From positions 800,001 through 864,000 of the forward strand of contig CBDBEV010000001.1 in assembly GCA_965204535.1 (NCBI GenBank): a stretch of DNA of 64,000 nucleotides. Direction: 5' to 3'. Shown here one piece after another: positions 40,055 to 50,229 of this stretch. The notes under the pieces were generated by a model. The model ran no database searches, was not told where the DNA came from, and was given only the letters and a program-made list of their open reading frames with translations. Each line of letters begins with the position of its first letter. Positions within the stretch are counted from its first letter, which is position 1. A program made the translations under genes and the position numbers. This stretch comes from a bacterium (lineage in GTDB: Bacteria > UBA8248).

Positions 40055-41587
40055 TCAGACGGGCATCTGTCTGTCGAGTTGGCGGTACTGAACCGCCTCC
40101 GCCACGTGCTGGGGAGCGACCTCCTTCTCGCCGGCCAGATCGCTGATGGTGCGCGCCACCTTCAGCACGCGATGATAAGCGCGCGCCGATAGACCCAGTT
40201 TCTCCACCGCCAGCTTGAGCAGGCGCCTGCCCTCGGCGTCGAGCTTGCAGTGCTCATTGATGAGAGCGGGCCCCATGTGGGCGTTGGCGTATACGCCCGG
40301 GTGGTCCTTGAAGCGCTCTTTCTGGATTTTCTGCGACGCGAGAACGCGGCTTCTGATCGTCGCTGAACTTTCACCTTCAGGGTCTTCGGCGAGTTCTTTC
40401 CACGGGACCCTGGGTACATTGATGTGGATGTCGATGCGATCGAGAATCGGCCCCGAGATGCGCGAGCGGTAACGAATCACCTGCTTGGGTGTACAGGTGC
40501 ATGCGCCGTCCGTCCGCAGGCCGCAAATGCAGGGGTTCATCGCGGCGGTGAGCATGAAACGGGCCGGAAACGAGAGGCTCGCCTGCGCTCTGCTGATGGT
40601 GATCTTCCCGTCCTCGAGCGGACCACGGAGGGATTCGAGCACGTTTTTCCGAAACTCGGGCAGTTCATCGAGGAACAACACGCCGTTGTGCGCGAGCGAG
40701 GCCTCGCCGGGCAGTGGAAGCGCGCCTCCACCCACCAGACCTGCGTCGCTGATGGTGTGGTGCGGAGCGCGGAAGGGTCTTTCCCGAATCAAGGAATCAT
40801 GTTTCGTGAGTTTGCCAAGCACGCTCCACACCTGGCTCGTCTCGATGGCTTCGTCCAGAGACAGTGGGGGCAGTATGGTGGGGAACCTTTTCGCCAGCAT
40901 GCTCTTTCCGCTGCCGGGCGGGCCTATCATCAGCAGGTTGTGCGATCCCGCAGCCGCAACCTCCACGGAGCGCTTGGCCTGGTGTTGTCCCCGGATGTCC
41001 GAGAAATCGATTCTTTCGACCTCTTTTTTCTCTATGCCGTTCTTCTGGCAACATGCCGGGGGAATCTCTATTTCCTCCCGGATGAATCCCACTACCTGGG
41101 GAAGCGTGTGTACGGGATAAACCTCGAGCTTATCGACGACGGCGGCTTCGGGTGCGTTCTCCGCCGGGAGTACGAGGCCGCGCTTGCCCATCTTCTTGGC
41201 GAGCACGGCCATGTTGAGCGCCCCCCGGATGGGCCGCAGGGAGCCGTCCAAAGCCAGTTCACCCAGAAACAGCAGGGAATCCTCCATTTGAGAGCGCGAA
41301 TGAAACACACCGTTCGCGCGCAGTATCGAGAGCGCAATAGGCAAATCGAAGGCGCTGCCCTCCTTGCGGACGTCCGCCGGTGAGAGGCTGACGGTGATGC
41401 GCCCCATTGGGTAGATGAAGCCCGTGTTGAGGATGGCGGCGCGAATCCTGTCCTTGCTCTCCTTGACGGCGGCGTCGGGCAGGCCGACGGTGGCGTAATA
41501 GGGGAGACCCGGTGCGAGGTCGACCTCCACTTCGACAGGGTAGGCGTCTACGCCCAGTACGGCTGCTGCTTGGGTTTTAGCCAGCAT
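40055..41587 (-). CDS. comM: ComM/YifB Mg-chelatase-like AAA ATPase
   Basis: VGLPDAAVKESKDR, GPPGSGKSM, RPFRAPHH, AHNGVLFLDE, AAMNPC.CG, GLSARAY. Confidence 0.96.
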   Translation of the reverse strand: MLAKTQAAAVLGVDAYPVEVEVDLAPGLPYYATVGLPDAAVKESKDRIRAAILNTGFIYPMGRITVSLSPADVRKEGSAFDLPIALSILRANGVFHSRSQMEDSLLFLGELALDGSLRPIRGALNMAVLAKKMGKRGLVLPAENAPEAAVVDKLEVYPVHTLPQVVGFIREEIEIPPACCQKNGIEKKEVERIDFSDIRGQHQAKRSVEVAAAGSHNLLMIGPPGSGKSMLAKRFPTILPPLSLDEAIETSQVWSVLGKLTKHDSLIRERPFRAPHHTISDAGLVGGGALPLPGEASLAHNGVLFLDELPEFRKNVLESLRGPLEDGKITISRAQASLSFPARFMLTAAMNPCICGLRTDGACTCTPKQVIRYRSRISGPILDRIDIHINVPRVPWKELAEDPEGESSATIRSRVLASQKIQKERFKDHPGVYANAHMGPALINEHCKLDAEGRRLLKLAVEKLGLSARAYHRVLKVARTISDLAGEKEVAPQHVAEAVQYRQLDRQMPV

Positions 41588-41788
41588 GGCATTTCTCCGG
41601 GTTGTCTCGTGGAGTAGCAAAGATAAAGCGAAATATATAACGAAAATATAACGAAATCAACCCCAAATCGGCAATATTTATGAAATTCTACTTTTATTCC
41701 GGACTTCCGCCGGGAGTGTTTTCGATAGGGAAGGGGGGAAGTGAGGGTTTTTAAGTTCGATCATTGCGCCGACGATGACGGGCGCGGC

Positions 41789-43000
41789 TTATTTCCTGGT
41801 AACTTCTGAGCCTGCGGCCATAACGACCTTCGATTCGATGAGTGCGTGAATTTGCTCATCCCGATAAAGAAGAAGATCGCGGAGAATTGCCTCGGTGTTA
41901 CCCCCGTGAAGGGGAGCGGGTGCCGGGTCAGGGTTTCCGTTTGCCGTGCGATTCAGGATGGGGTTGCCCACGATTCTTACAGTTCCGACTTCGGGGTATT
42001 CATATTCGCGGATGAGGTGCCTTGCTTCGACCTGCTCATTGTCAAGCGCGCGATCGAGCGGGTTCACGGGTGCGGAGGGCACCCCCGCCGCCTCGAAGAT
42101 TTCAAGCCATTCCTCGCCCGAGCGGGTCATCAGAATTTCTTCCATAATGGGGAGGAGGACATCCCTGTTCTCGGAGCGCAGGTCGTTTGTGCGGAAACGT
42201 GGGTCGTCCGCCAGTTCATCCATGCCCATGACCTCGCACATCTTTTTCCAGAAGCGCTCCTCGCGCGGGGAGAGGACGATGTAGATCGTGGCCGTCGGGA
42301 ATGCCTGGTAGGGCACCATGTACTCATGGGCGTTGCCGGGCGGCTCTGGTATGTCGCCGTTGTTGAGATACATGGTCGAGATATAGCCGAGCATGGCGAG
42401 TTGAACGTCGAACATCGGCACTTCAAGGTGCGTTCCGCTTCTTCCTTTCGCCTTGGCCAACAGGCCCGCCATGCAGGCGATGGCGGTATAGAGGGCGGTG
42501 GAGATATCCGCCGTGGGCGATCCGTTTCTGGCGGGCGGGCGGTTCGGCTCGCCTGTGATGGCCATGTGGCCGCTTACGGCCTGCTCGACCAGATCGAAAG
42601 CGGGTTTATCGCGCCAGGGGCCTTGTTCCCCGTATCCGCTCGAGTCGACGAACACGATATCTGGGTTCCTCTGCTTCATGACGTCGTATCCAAGACCCAG
42701 CCGTTTCATCGTGCCGGGCCGGAAGTTCACCATTACGGCGTCTGATTCCTCCACTAGGTCCAAAAACACTTCCTTGCCTTCGGGTTTTTTCAGGTCGATG
42801 ACGATACCCTTCTTACCCCGGTTGAAGGTGAGAAAGATGCTCGAAACGGGGCCGATGCCCGCAATGGCGGGGTTGCGCCCGATGTCTCCTTGGGGAGATT
42901 CGACCTTGATGACCTCGGCCCCCATATCGGCGAGGATCATGCTGCCGATGGTTCCGGCGATGACCTGCCCGAGATCGAGGATGCGGTAGCCTGCCAGCAT
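41789..43000 (-). CDS. CaiB/BaiF family III CoA-transferase
   Basis: LADMGAEVIKVE, NRGKK, NFRPGTM.RLGL, AFDLVEQA. Confidence 0.93.
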   Translation of the reverse strand: MLAGYRILDLGQVIAGTIGSMILADMGAEVIKVESPQGDIGRNPAIAGIGPVSSIFLTFNRGKKGIVIDLKKPEGKEVFLDLVEESDAVMVNFRPGTMKRLGLGYDVMKQRNPDIVFVDSSGYGEQGPWRDKPAFDLVEQAVSGHMAITGEPNRPPARNGSPTADISTALYTAIACMAGLLAKAKGRSGTHLEVPMFDVQLAMLGYISTMYLNNGDIPEPPGNAHEYMVPYQAFPTATIYIVLSPREERFWKKMCEVMGMDELADDPRFRTNDLRSENRDVLLPIMEEILMTRSGEEWLEIFEAAGVPSAPVNPLDRALDNEQVEARHLIREYEYPEVGTVRIVGNPILNRTANGNPDPAPAPLHGGNTEAILRDLLLYRDEQIHALIESKVVMAAGSEVTRK

Positions 43001-43016
43001 TGGAGAAATCCTTACA

Positions 43017-43448
43017 TTAAGTTCGGGGAGCGGCCGTCGCCGTCGCCTTGATGAGCACGTCGCCCCGCTGGTTCTCGGCGCTCGCCTCGATTTTCACCAA
43101 CCGTTTTCCTTCTTCTTCATATTGACGCACGACCCTGGCCTTGCAAATCACCATGTCGCCCGGCCATGCCTGCGCGCTGAAGCGTATTTTCAAGTTCTTG
43201 AAAGAATCAGGCCCCAGCCACTCGCTGAGCAGGCGGGCAAGATACCCGCCCTGGAGCATCCCGTGCGCGAAAGGTTTGTCGAAGCCAGCTCTGATGGCAT
43301 AAATCTCATCGTGGTGGTTGGGGTTGAAATCCCCACTTGCGCCCGCGTAGCGGACGAGGTCCGTGCGCGTGATGGGCCCTAAAGTAAGTTCGCACTCGGC
43401 GCCCTCGGGGAGTTCTTCCCATTTCGCGTATTCAACGCTCGTAGTCAT
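43017..43448 (-). CDS. MaoC-family dehydratase (catalytic subunit)
   Basis: LVRYAGASGDFNPNHHD, AHGML. Confidence 0.92.
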   Translation of the reverse strand: MTTSVEYAKWEELPEGAECELTLGPITRTDLVRYAGASGDFNPNHHDEIYAIRAGFDKPFAHGMLQGGYLARLLSEWLGPDSFKNLKIRFSAQAWPGDMVICKARVVRQYEEEGKRLVKIEASAENQRGDVLIKATATAAPRT

Positions 43449-43460
43449 GTGAAAGCTCCA

Positions 43461-43928
43461 TCAGGCCTCTTTGGGAGGGGCCGCGGTTTCGATGAGTGTG
43501 CGCCTCGCCACCTGAACCAGTTCGCCCGCCTCGTCCACGAACCTCGTTTCGATGACGACGAAGGTCATCATGCCCCCCCGGCGGCCTTCTTTCTCGCGGG
43601 TGGAGACGATGGCGTTTCTTCCCTTTAGGTTCATGCCGGCTACCAAGGGCTTGTGGTATTCGAATTCCTGCTCCCCGTGGAGGCGCCGTTTGGGGTCGTA
43701 GCCCAGATGCGGCATGGGGTCGTTCCCGGGGTTTTCGTGCCAGAACTGGCGCACGAACGTGGGCGGAGCGAGCAGATCGTCAAAACCCGCTGCTCTGGCA
43801 GCTTCCAAATTCGTATGCACCGGGTCGGTAAGACCCAGGGCGAGGACGTATTCCCTGATTTTTCCGCGCTCGACCCGGAACTCGAACTCGGGGAATGATC
43901 TGTCCAGTACGCTTTTATCCAGCGGCAT
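43461..43928 (-). CDS. MaoC N-terminal/FAS1-like dehydratase partner subunit
   Basis: VERGKIREY, APPTF, LHGEQEFEYH.P. Confidence 0.9.
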   Translation of the reverse strand: MPLDKSVLDRSFPEFEFRVERGKIREYVLALGLTDPVHTNLEAARAAGFDDLLAPPTFVRQFWHENPGNDPMPHLGYDPKRRLHGEQEFEYHKPLVAGMNLKGRNAIVSTREKEGRRGGMMTFVVIETRFVDEAGELVQVARRTLIETAAPPKEA

Positions 43929-44021
43929 GAAATCGCTTCCTCACCAATATCGCTTCTTTGATTAAGTTGTCTTCAGTTTCGGTTTTTTGTGTGAAATCAT
44001 CAAGTATCATCGGCGAGATTC

Positions 44022-45164
44022 TCAAAGCCCCAGCGCCTTGGCGATGATGTTTCTCTGCACCTCGCTCGTGCCCGCGCCGATGGTGGCCAGCCGCGCGTCG
44101 CGGTAGTGGCGCTCCATGGCGTATTCTCCGCTGTAGCCGTATCCGCCCATCACCTGAACGCCCAGGTCGGCCACCCGCTTGTAGGCTTCGCCGGCATAGA
44201 GCTTGAGCGTCGCCGCCTCGATGCGCCCCGCCTTTCCCTGCGAGACCAGCCAGGCGAACCGGTAGACCTGGAGCCGCGCCGTATCGACGAGCATGTGCAT
44301 CTCGGTGAGCATGTGGCTGACGGCCTGGAATTTGCCGATGGGGCGGCCGAACTGCTTCCTCTCCTTTGCGTGATTGAGAGCCAGCTCGAGCGCCGACGCT
44401 GCCGCCCCCGTGCGCGCTGCGGAGAGGCACAGGCGCTCCGTGGTGATGTAGGCCATGAGAGCCTGCCAGCCGTCTCCCACCTCTCCCAGGACATCGGCTT
44501 CGCTCGCCTCCACGGCGTCATAATGCACCACGCAGGTGCCCATCGCGCGGTGGCCGAGCAAATCAAGCTTCGACCAGGTGACGCCCTCGGCGTCGGCGGG
44601 GATGATGAAGTTCGTGATGCCCTCGTGCTTGGCGCCCGAGTTGTCCGTCCGCGCGGCGACGAGGATGTGCGTGGCCGTCGGCATGCCGGAGGTGAAGTTT
44701 TTGGTGCCCGTGAGGCGGAAGCGGTCTTCTTCCCGGTCCGCGCGGGCGATGATGGCCGCAGCGTCGGAGCCGGCGTCGGGTTCTGTGAGGCTGAATGCGA
44801 AATATTTTTCCCCCTGGATGGTGGCGGGAATGAAATCTTTTTTCTGCGCGTCCGTTCCACTGACGAGCAGGGCGTCCACACCGTAGCAGACGTTTCTGAA
44901 GATCATGGTGGCGAGGTCCAGGTAGTGCATCCCAGCGGTTTCGAGGACGAGGGCAAGATCCAGCGCATCGCCTCCCATGCCACCGTACTCTTCGGGTGTG
45001 GATACGCCTATCCACCCGTCATTGGCCAGGGCCTTGTAAGCCTCGACGGGGGCTTCGCCTTTCTTGTCGCAATCCATTGCGTATTCAGGGGGGCAAACCC
45101 GTTCTAAAAGCTCATGCAGCGTGCGGCGCATGAGTTCCTGGCGCTCGTTGAAGGCGAAATCCAA
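44022..45164 (-). CDS. acyl-CoA dehydrogenase
   Basis: FSLTEPDAGSDA, RKQFGRPIGKFQAV, QVMGGYGY, GTSEVQRNII. Confidence 0.94.
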   Translation of the reverse strand: MDFAFNERQELMRRTLHELLERVCPPEYAMDCDKKGEAPVEAYKALANDGWIGVSTPEEYGGMGGDALDLALVLETAGMHYLDLATMIFRNVCYGVDALLVSGTDAQKKDFIPATIQGEKYFAFSLTEPDAGSDAAAIIARADREEDRFRLTGTKNFTSGMPTATHILVAARTDNSGAKHEGITNFIIPADAEGVTWSKLDLLGHRAMGTCVVHYDAVEASEADVLGEVGDGWQALMAYITTERLCLSAARTGAAASALELALNHAKERKQFGRPIGKFQAVSHMLTEMHMLVDTARLQVYRFAWLVSQGKAGRIEAATLKLYAGEAYKRVADLGVQVMGGYGYSGEYAMERHYRDARLATIGAGTSEVQRNIIAKALGL

Positions 45165-45271
45165 ACCGGTGAACCTCGATCGTCAAGGGGAATTCCTGAT
45201 TCCGGGAGGCGATTGAACACCGCCACGCTCGAAAAATCAAGCCGCATGCGGGATCGGGCGCGAAAAAGCCC

Positions 45272-46240
45272 TCAATCCAGGACTTCGGGGTTGTGGATGT
45301 TTGTCGGTTGCCCGTCGGCGAAGGCGTTGATTTGATCGAAAGCGATACCGAAATATCTCTCGAACGTGCCGCGCGTGACGTAGCCCAGATGCGGTGTGCA
45401 AACCGTGTTCTCCATGCTCAGGAGTGGATGTTCGGCCCCTCGAACCGGCTCTTTTTCATAGACATCCACGGCGGCGAATCCGGGTCTTCCGGCCTTGAGC
45501 GCCGCTTCGAGCGCTCCTTCTTCTATCAGCCCCGCGCGGCTGGTGTTCACCAAGAGGGCGGTCGGTTTCATGAGGCTCAAATCCTTCGCCGTCACGATGC
45601 CCCTCGTCTCAGGCGTCAGGCGGATGTGCAGGCTCACGATGTCGGACTCGGTGAAGAGCGCCTCTTTGCTGTCGGCCATCGGAACGCCGTCCGTACGGGC
45701 GCGCTCGGCGGAGCCCTCTCTCCCGTAGGTGATGACGTTCATGCCGAATGCTTTAGCCACCGCGGCCACCTGGCTGCCGATGTTGCCGTAGGAATAAACG
45801 CCTAGCGTTTTGCCGTAGAGATCCTCGCCCAGTGTGGTTTGCCAGCCGCCTTCCGCCAGATTCCTGATTTCCTGGGGGATGGAACGCATGGCGCAGTGGA
45901 TGAGGCCCCAGGTGAGTTCACACGTGGAATGCGTACCGCTTCCCCCTGCGGCCACGGCCACCTTGTGGCGCGTGCAGGCTTCCAGGTCGACGTGTCCGCC
46001 GAAGCCTGCGCCCGTCTGACTCACGATTTTGAGATTGGGGAGTCTGTTGAGCAATTCTTCCGTGATGTGGGTTCGTTCCCTGATCAGGACGATGGCTTCG
46101 GCTTCCCGGAACCGCTCCGCGAGCGCGTCGATATCATCGAGCGTGTCGTTGTGGATGGTGACGTCGTGCCCAGCCATCTTGGAGAAACACTCGAGGTGCC
46201 GGATGCAGTCTTGATAATCATCTGAAATCACGACTTTCAT
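45272..46240 (-). CDS. D-2-hydroxyacid dehydrogenase family protein
   Basis: LIRERT, YGNIG, VNTSRA, DVYEKEP, CTPHLGY. Confidence 0.92.
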   Translation of the reverse strand: MKVVISDDYQDCIRHLECFSKMAGHDVTIHNDTLDDIDALAERFREAEAIVLIRERTHITEELLNRLPNLKIVSQTGAGFGGHVDLEACTRHKVAVAAGGSGTHSTCELTWGLIHCAMRSIPQEIRNLAEGGWQTTLGEDLYGKTLGVYSYGNIGSQVAAVAKAFGMNVITYGREGSAERARTDGVPMADSKEALFTESDIVSLHIRLTPETRGIVTAKDLSLMKPTALLVNTSRAGLIEEGALEAALKAGRPGFAAVDVYEKEPVRGAEHPLLSMENTVCTPHLGYVTRGTFERYFGIAFDQINAFADGQPTNIHNPEVLD

Positions 46241-46371
46241 TCAGGAGTCCTTTCTGGCGCATTCATTGGAAGCAGGGGAAGAAGTCGGTTTTTTGTTAAT
46301 CATCTGAAGATGTATTATTATCCCCCCGGACGGGAATTTTCCCAAGCCGCGTCCGGGTTTCAGGAGAGGTA

Positions 46372-47469
46372 ATGGCAACGGCATCGGAGAGAAAAGTACA
46401 GCTTACCCGGATGGTCAAGGCGGGCGGGTGAGGTTCGAAACTGGGTCCGGAGGACCTGCGAGAGGCATTGAGCCAGTTTGAGCCGTTTTCAGACCCGAAC
46501 CTGCTCTACGGCACGAACGCCGGGGACGACACGGGCGTGTATCGGCTCAGAGAGGATTTGGCCATCGTCCAGACGGTGGATTTCTTCACCCCCATCGTGG
46601 ATGACCCATACGCCTATGGCCAGATTGCCGCGGCCAACGCGCTGAGCGATTGCTTCACCATGGGCGCACAGCCGATCACCGGGCTCAATCTGGTGGGTTT
46701 CCCCTGTCATATCGGACTGGATGTGCTGGGGAGAATCCTGGCCGGCGGCGCGGACAAGATGCGCGAGGCGGGCGGCGTCATCGTGGGTGGCCACAGCGTG
46801 GACGACGTGGAACCCAAATACGGCATCGCCGTTACCGGCACTGTCGACCCTCGGATAATGGTGACCAACCAGGGAGCGAAACCCGGCGACAAGCTCGTTT
46901 TGACGAAGAAAATCGGCACCGGCGTCGTGACGAACGTCACGAAACAGGTGAACCCGGTGCTTAAGGCGGCGCGCGGCATTTTCGGGAAAAACGGAAAGCT
47001 CCGCGACGGCGTGTTCGAAGAGGCCGTGGATTCGATGAAGGCGCTGAACAAAAATGCGAGCGAGTGCATGATGCGCGTGGGCGTGAACGCCTGTACCGAC
47101 GTAACCGGATTCGGCCTCCTGGGCCATCTGCACAACGTCATGGAGGCCAGCGGCGCGCGGGCGCGCGTCGTGTTCTCCGATGTGCCCCGGTTCGAGGATT
47201 TGCTCCCCCACGCCATTGCCGGCACGGCGGGTGGGGGCGATCGCAACCGCCTGTGGACGAAACCCTTCGTCGAGGCGAAACCGGGCGTTGATGAGGAGAT
47301 GCTCGCCCTGCTCAACGATGCGCAGACCTCCGGCGGACTCGTTATTGCGGTGGATGCGAATAAGGCGGGGGCGCTATTGGACGAGCTGCACGGGGCGGGC
47401 GTGGCTCCCGCCGCCGTATTCGGCGAGGTGGTGGAAGGCCCGGCCGGGAGTATTGAGCTAGAGCCGTAA
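46372..47469 (+). CDS. selD: selenide,water dikinase SelD, selenocysteine-containing (UGA at 46429-46431)
   Basis: AGGAGAGG RBS; MATASERKVQLTRMVKAGG[TGA]GSKLGPEDL in frame with track ORF 46468; DDTGVY, QTVDFFTP, TDVTGFGLLGH, DAQTSGGL. Confidence 0.95.
46443..46457 (+). promoter_or_regulatory. SECIS-like hairpin of selD
   Basis: GGGTCC-GGA-GGACCT; G-starting loop about 17 nt after the UGA. Confidence 0.6.
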
Positions 47470-47496
47470 CTCTTGTCTTTTAGCGAGGGAGCGTTT

Positions 47497-47961
47497 ATGG
47501 AAAAGGCCATGTTCGGCGCAGGTTGTTTCTGGGGAGTGGAGGCGGCGTTCCGCAAGGTGGAAGGCGTGGCGTACACCGCTGTGGGGTACTCGGGCGGCGC
47601 GAAGGACGAGCCCACATACCGGGAAGTATGCACGGGCCGCACGGGGCATGCGGAGGTCGTCTATCTGGAGTTTGAACCCGAAAAAGTCTCCTATCAGGAG
47701 CTTTTGGATCTGTTCTGGCGGATTCACGACCCGTGCACGCTGAACCGCCAGGGGCCCGACGTGGGCACCCAGTACCGCTCGGCGGTTTATTTCTTCTCAT
47801 CCGAGCAGGAAGCCGCGGCGCAGGCGTCCAGGCAGGAGCAGGAGGCGTCAGGGCGTCATTGGGGGCCGATAGTGACCGAGATTACGCAGGCTTCGCGATT
47901 CTGGATGGGCGAGGACTACCACCAGCAGTATGCCGAGAAAAACGGGATCATCTGCCACTAG
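47497..47961 (+). CDS. msrA: peptide-methionine (S)-S-oxide reductase
   Basis: AGCFWG, TGHAEVV, QGPDVGTQYRS, EDYHQQY. Confidence 0.96.
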   Translation: MEKAMFGAGCFWGVEAAFRKVEGVAYTAVGYSGGAKDEPTYREVCTGRTGHAEVVYLEFEPEKVSYQELLDLFWRIHDPCTLNRQGPDVGTQYRSAVYFFSSEQEAAAQASRQEQEASGRHWGPIVTEITQASRFWMGEDYHQQYAEKNGIICH

Positions 47962-47978
47962 GCGCGTCTGATCGCATC

Positions 47979-48018
47979 AGCCCTCGGCGGGGTCACAAGC
48001 CTGCCGGGGGCTTTTTTT
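47979..48018 (+). terminator. intrinsic terminator after selD-msrA
   Basis: AGCCCTCGGCGGG...CCTGCCGGGGGCT stem followed by a T run. Confidence 0.75.
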
Positions 48019-48020
48019 GG

Positions 48021-48860
48021 TTAACCGTATTGCGCCACGACGCCGGCCAACTCGTCGAGTTTCGGCAAGATGACGTCTTCCTCCGCCGAGGGCAGGGGGA
48101 ACAGGCACCTGCCCACGCCCAGGTCCTCGTAAGCGCGCAACTCCTCCAGGTCGGGGGGCGCAAAGAATATGGTGACCGGAACGGGTGGGCGTCCCGCCTT
48201 GGCGGCCATATCCTGGAGTTCCCGGATTCGCGGCGCGAGGTCCAGGCCCCCGCGCGGCAGCGGCATCCACTCATCCCCGTAGCGAATCACGCGATCGAGC
48301 GTCCTCGCCCCGTTTCCGCCCACGAGTATGGGCGGGTGCGGTTTCCGGACCGGTTTGGGCCAGGACCAGATGCGCTCGAAATCCACGAAATCGCCATGAT
48401 AGCTCGCCTCATCCTCCGTCCAGATGGCTTTCATCGCCTCGATGCGCTCGCGCAGGACGATCCAGCGCTTCTGGTAGTTCGTCCCGTGGTTTTCCATCTC
48501 CTCGCGGTTCCAGCCGCCGCCGATCCCGAAAAGCACGCGGCCGTTCGAGATGTGATCGAGCGAAGCCACCTCGTTGGCCAGGGTGATGGGGTCGCGCTCG
48601 ATGACGAGGCAGATGCCCGTGCCGAGCATGATTTTTTCCGTCGCGGCCGCCGCGGCGCCTAACGCCACGAAAAGGTCGAGCGAGTGGGAGTATTCTTTCG
48701 GGAGTTCCGCACCGCCGGGCCAGGGGGTTTTCCGGCTCGCTGGAATATGGGTGTGCTCCGGGAAGAAGATGGACTCGAAACCCCGGTCTTCCGCCTCCTT
48801 GGCGACCCGGTGCGGGGCAATGGAATAATCGGTCGGGAAAATCGCGACGCCGAATTTCAT
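48021..48860 (-). CDS. LLM-class probable F420-dependent oxidoreductase (Rv2161c-like)
   Basis: GFESIFFPEHTHIP, GIGGGWNREEM..HG, WSWPKP. Confidence 0.88.
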   Translation of the reverse strand: MKFGVAIFPTDYSIAPHRVAKEAEDRGFESIFFPEHTHIPASRKTPWPGGAELPKEYSHSLDLFVALGAAAAATEKIMLGTGICLVIERDPITLANEVASLDHISNGRVLFGIGGGWNREEMENHGTNYQKRWIVLRERIEAMKAIWTEDEASYHGDFVDFERIWSWPKPVRKPHPPILVGGNGARTLDRVIRYGDEWMPLPRGGLDLAPRIRELQDMAAKAGRPPVPVTIFFAPPDLEELRAYEDLGVGRCLFPLPSAEEDVILPKLDELAGVVAQYG

Positions 48861-48906
48861 GGTGTGCTCTCCTGGTTCTGAATGGTGAACAATGCGCTCG
48901 TCATTC

Positions 48907-50229
48907 CTACCTTATGCCCAGGGGGTTCGGTTTTTGCCCCTCGGGGATGATGGGGTCGTAGGTAAACCCCCTCGTCTTCTCTTGGAATTCCTCCCGCACC
49001 TGCCTCAATACGTTCTCATCGCCGATGAGTTCGAGCGCGGTGGCCGCCATGGTCTTGGCGGCGGTCATCATGCCCTTCTCCCCGATTTCCATCCCGTATT
49101 GCTGGGTGGCGAGCCATGAGTGCCCCGGCGTTCCGGGCGCGTGGCAGGTCGTCATGAGGTTGCCCAGGGGCGTGAGCCAGCTCACGTTGCCGCGCTCGTT
49201 GCTCGGGCGGATGTCCGCCGGGTCGAGGGGGGAGACTTCTTCTGAGAGCGGCGTCTCGTAGCCCAGTTTGCGGGCGAATTCCTTCGCCTCGTCCGAATAG
49301 CTGTGCGCCCCCACGAATTCGAGGTTTCGCTGCACGCAGTGGGCCAGGGCGCTGTTGGGAAGGTTCTCGTACACGGCGGTGAGGAGGGTTTCCTTCATCG
49401 TGGTGCCCGACGCCAGCGCGCCCGCCTTCGCGCAGTTTCGCACGCGTTCGCTCAGTTCGTTCACCATCGCTCTCTTGGGCGCGCGGACGTAGTACCACAC
49501 GCGCGAGTAGGAGGGCACGACGTTGGGCGCCACGCCGCCGTCGGTGATGACGTAGTGGATCTTGACCGGCTCGATGACGTGCTCGCGCATCATGTTGACG
49601 CCGTAGTTCATGATCTCCACGCCGTCGAGCGCGCTCCTGCCGTTCCAGGGGTCGCGGGCCGAGTGGGCGGTCTCGCCGTAAAACTCGAAGACGATGGAGT
49701 CCATCGCGTTGGTGCTGCCGCCCCGGGTGAAGCTCTTATCCCCGGGGTGCCAGGTGACGGCGGCGTCGAGGCCGTCGAACGCGCCGTCGCGCGCCATGTA
49801 CACCTTGCCCTCCAGGGTCTCCTCCGCCGGGCAGCCGTAACATACGACCTGGCCCTTCGTCCCCGATTCGCGCAGGGCGCGCGCCGCCGCAATCGCCGCG
49901 TAGGAACTCGCCGTGCCGAAGAGGTTGTGCCCGCAGCCGTGGCCCTGTTTCTCGTGGGAGTCGCCGCAGTGGGGCAGCGCGTCGTACTCCCCGAGTATTC
50001 CCACGGCGGGGCCGCTATCGCCCCACCTGGCGATGAAGGCGGTGGGCAGGTCGCCCACCCCGCGCTGCACCTCGAACCCGTTTTGCTCGAGCACGTCCTC
50101 GAGCAGTTCCGCGGACTTGAATTCCTCTAAAGCGATTTCCGCGAAGTTCCAGATTTCGCGGGCGATTTCGCGCGCCTCGCCCGCCTGCCCGTCGAGGTAA
50201 TCGACGGCATGTCGTTTGAGATCGTCCAT
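48907..50229 (-). CDS. M20 amidohydrolase (AbgB-like)
   Basis: GEYDALP, GHGCGHNLFG, GCPAEE, TWHPG, GRSALD, PGHSW. Confidence 0.9.
   Translation of the reverse strand: MDDLKRHAVDYLDGQAGEAREIAREIWNFAEIALEEFKSAELLEDVLEQNGFEVQRGVGDLPTAFIARWGDSGPAVGILGEYDALPHCGDSHEKQGHGCGHNLFGTASSYAAIAAARALRESGTKGQVVCYGCPAEETLEGKVYMARDGAFDGLDAAVTWHPGDKSFTRGGSTNAMDSIVFEFYGETAHSARDPWNGRSALDGVEIMNYGVNMMREHVIEPVKIHYVITDGGVAPNVVPSYSRVWYYVRAPKRAMVNELSERVRNCAKAGALASGTTMKETLLTAVYENLPNSALAHCVQRNLEFVGAHSYSDEAKEFARKLGYETPLSEEVSPLDPADIRPSNERGNVSWLTPLGNLMTTCHAPGTPGHSWLATQQYGMEIGEKGMMTAAKTMAATALELIGDENVLRQVREEFQEKTRGFTYDPIIPEGQKPNPLGIR

Noticed and set aside
38588-40210. Integrative element inserted in comM with an att-site duplication
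   Set aside because: The repeat covers the whole downstream LLM gene, comM is intact, and there is no integrase or transposase.
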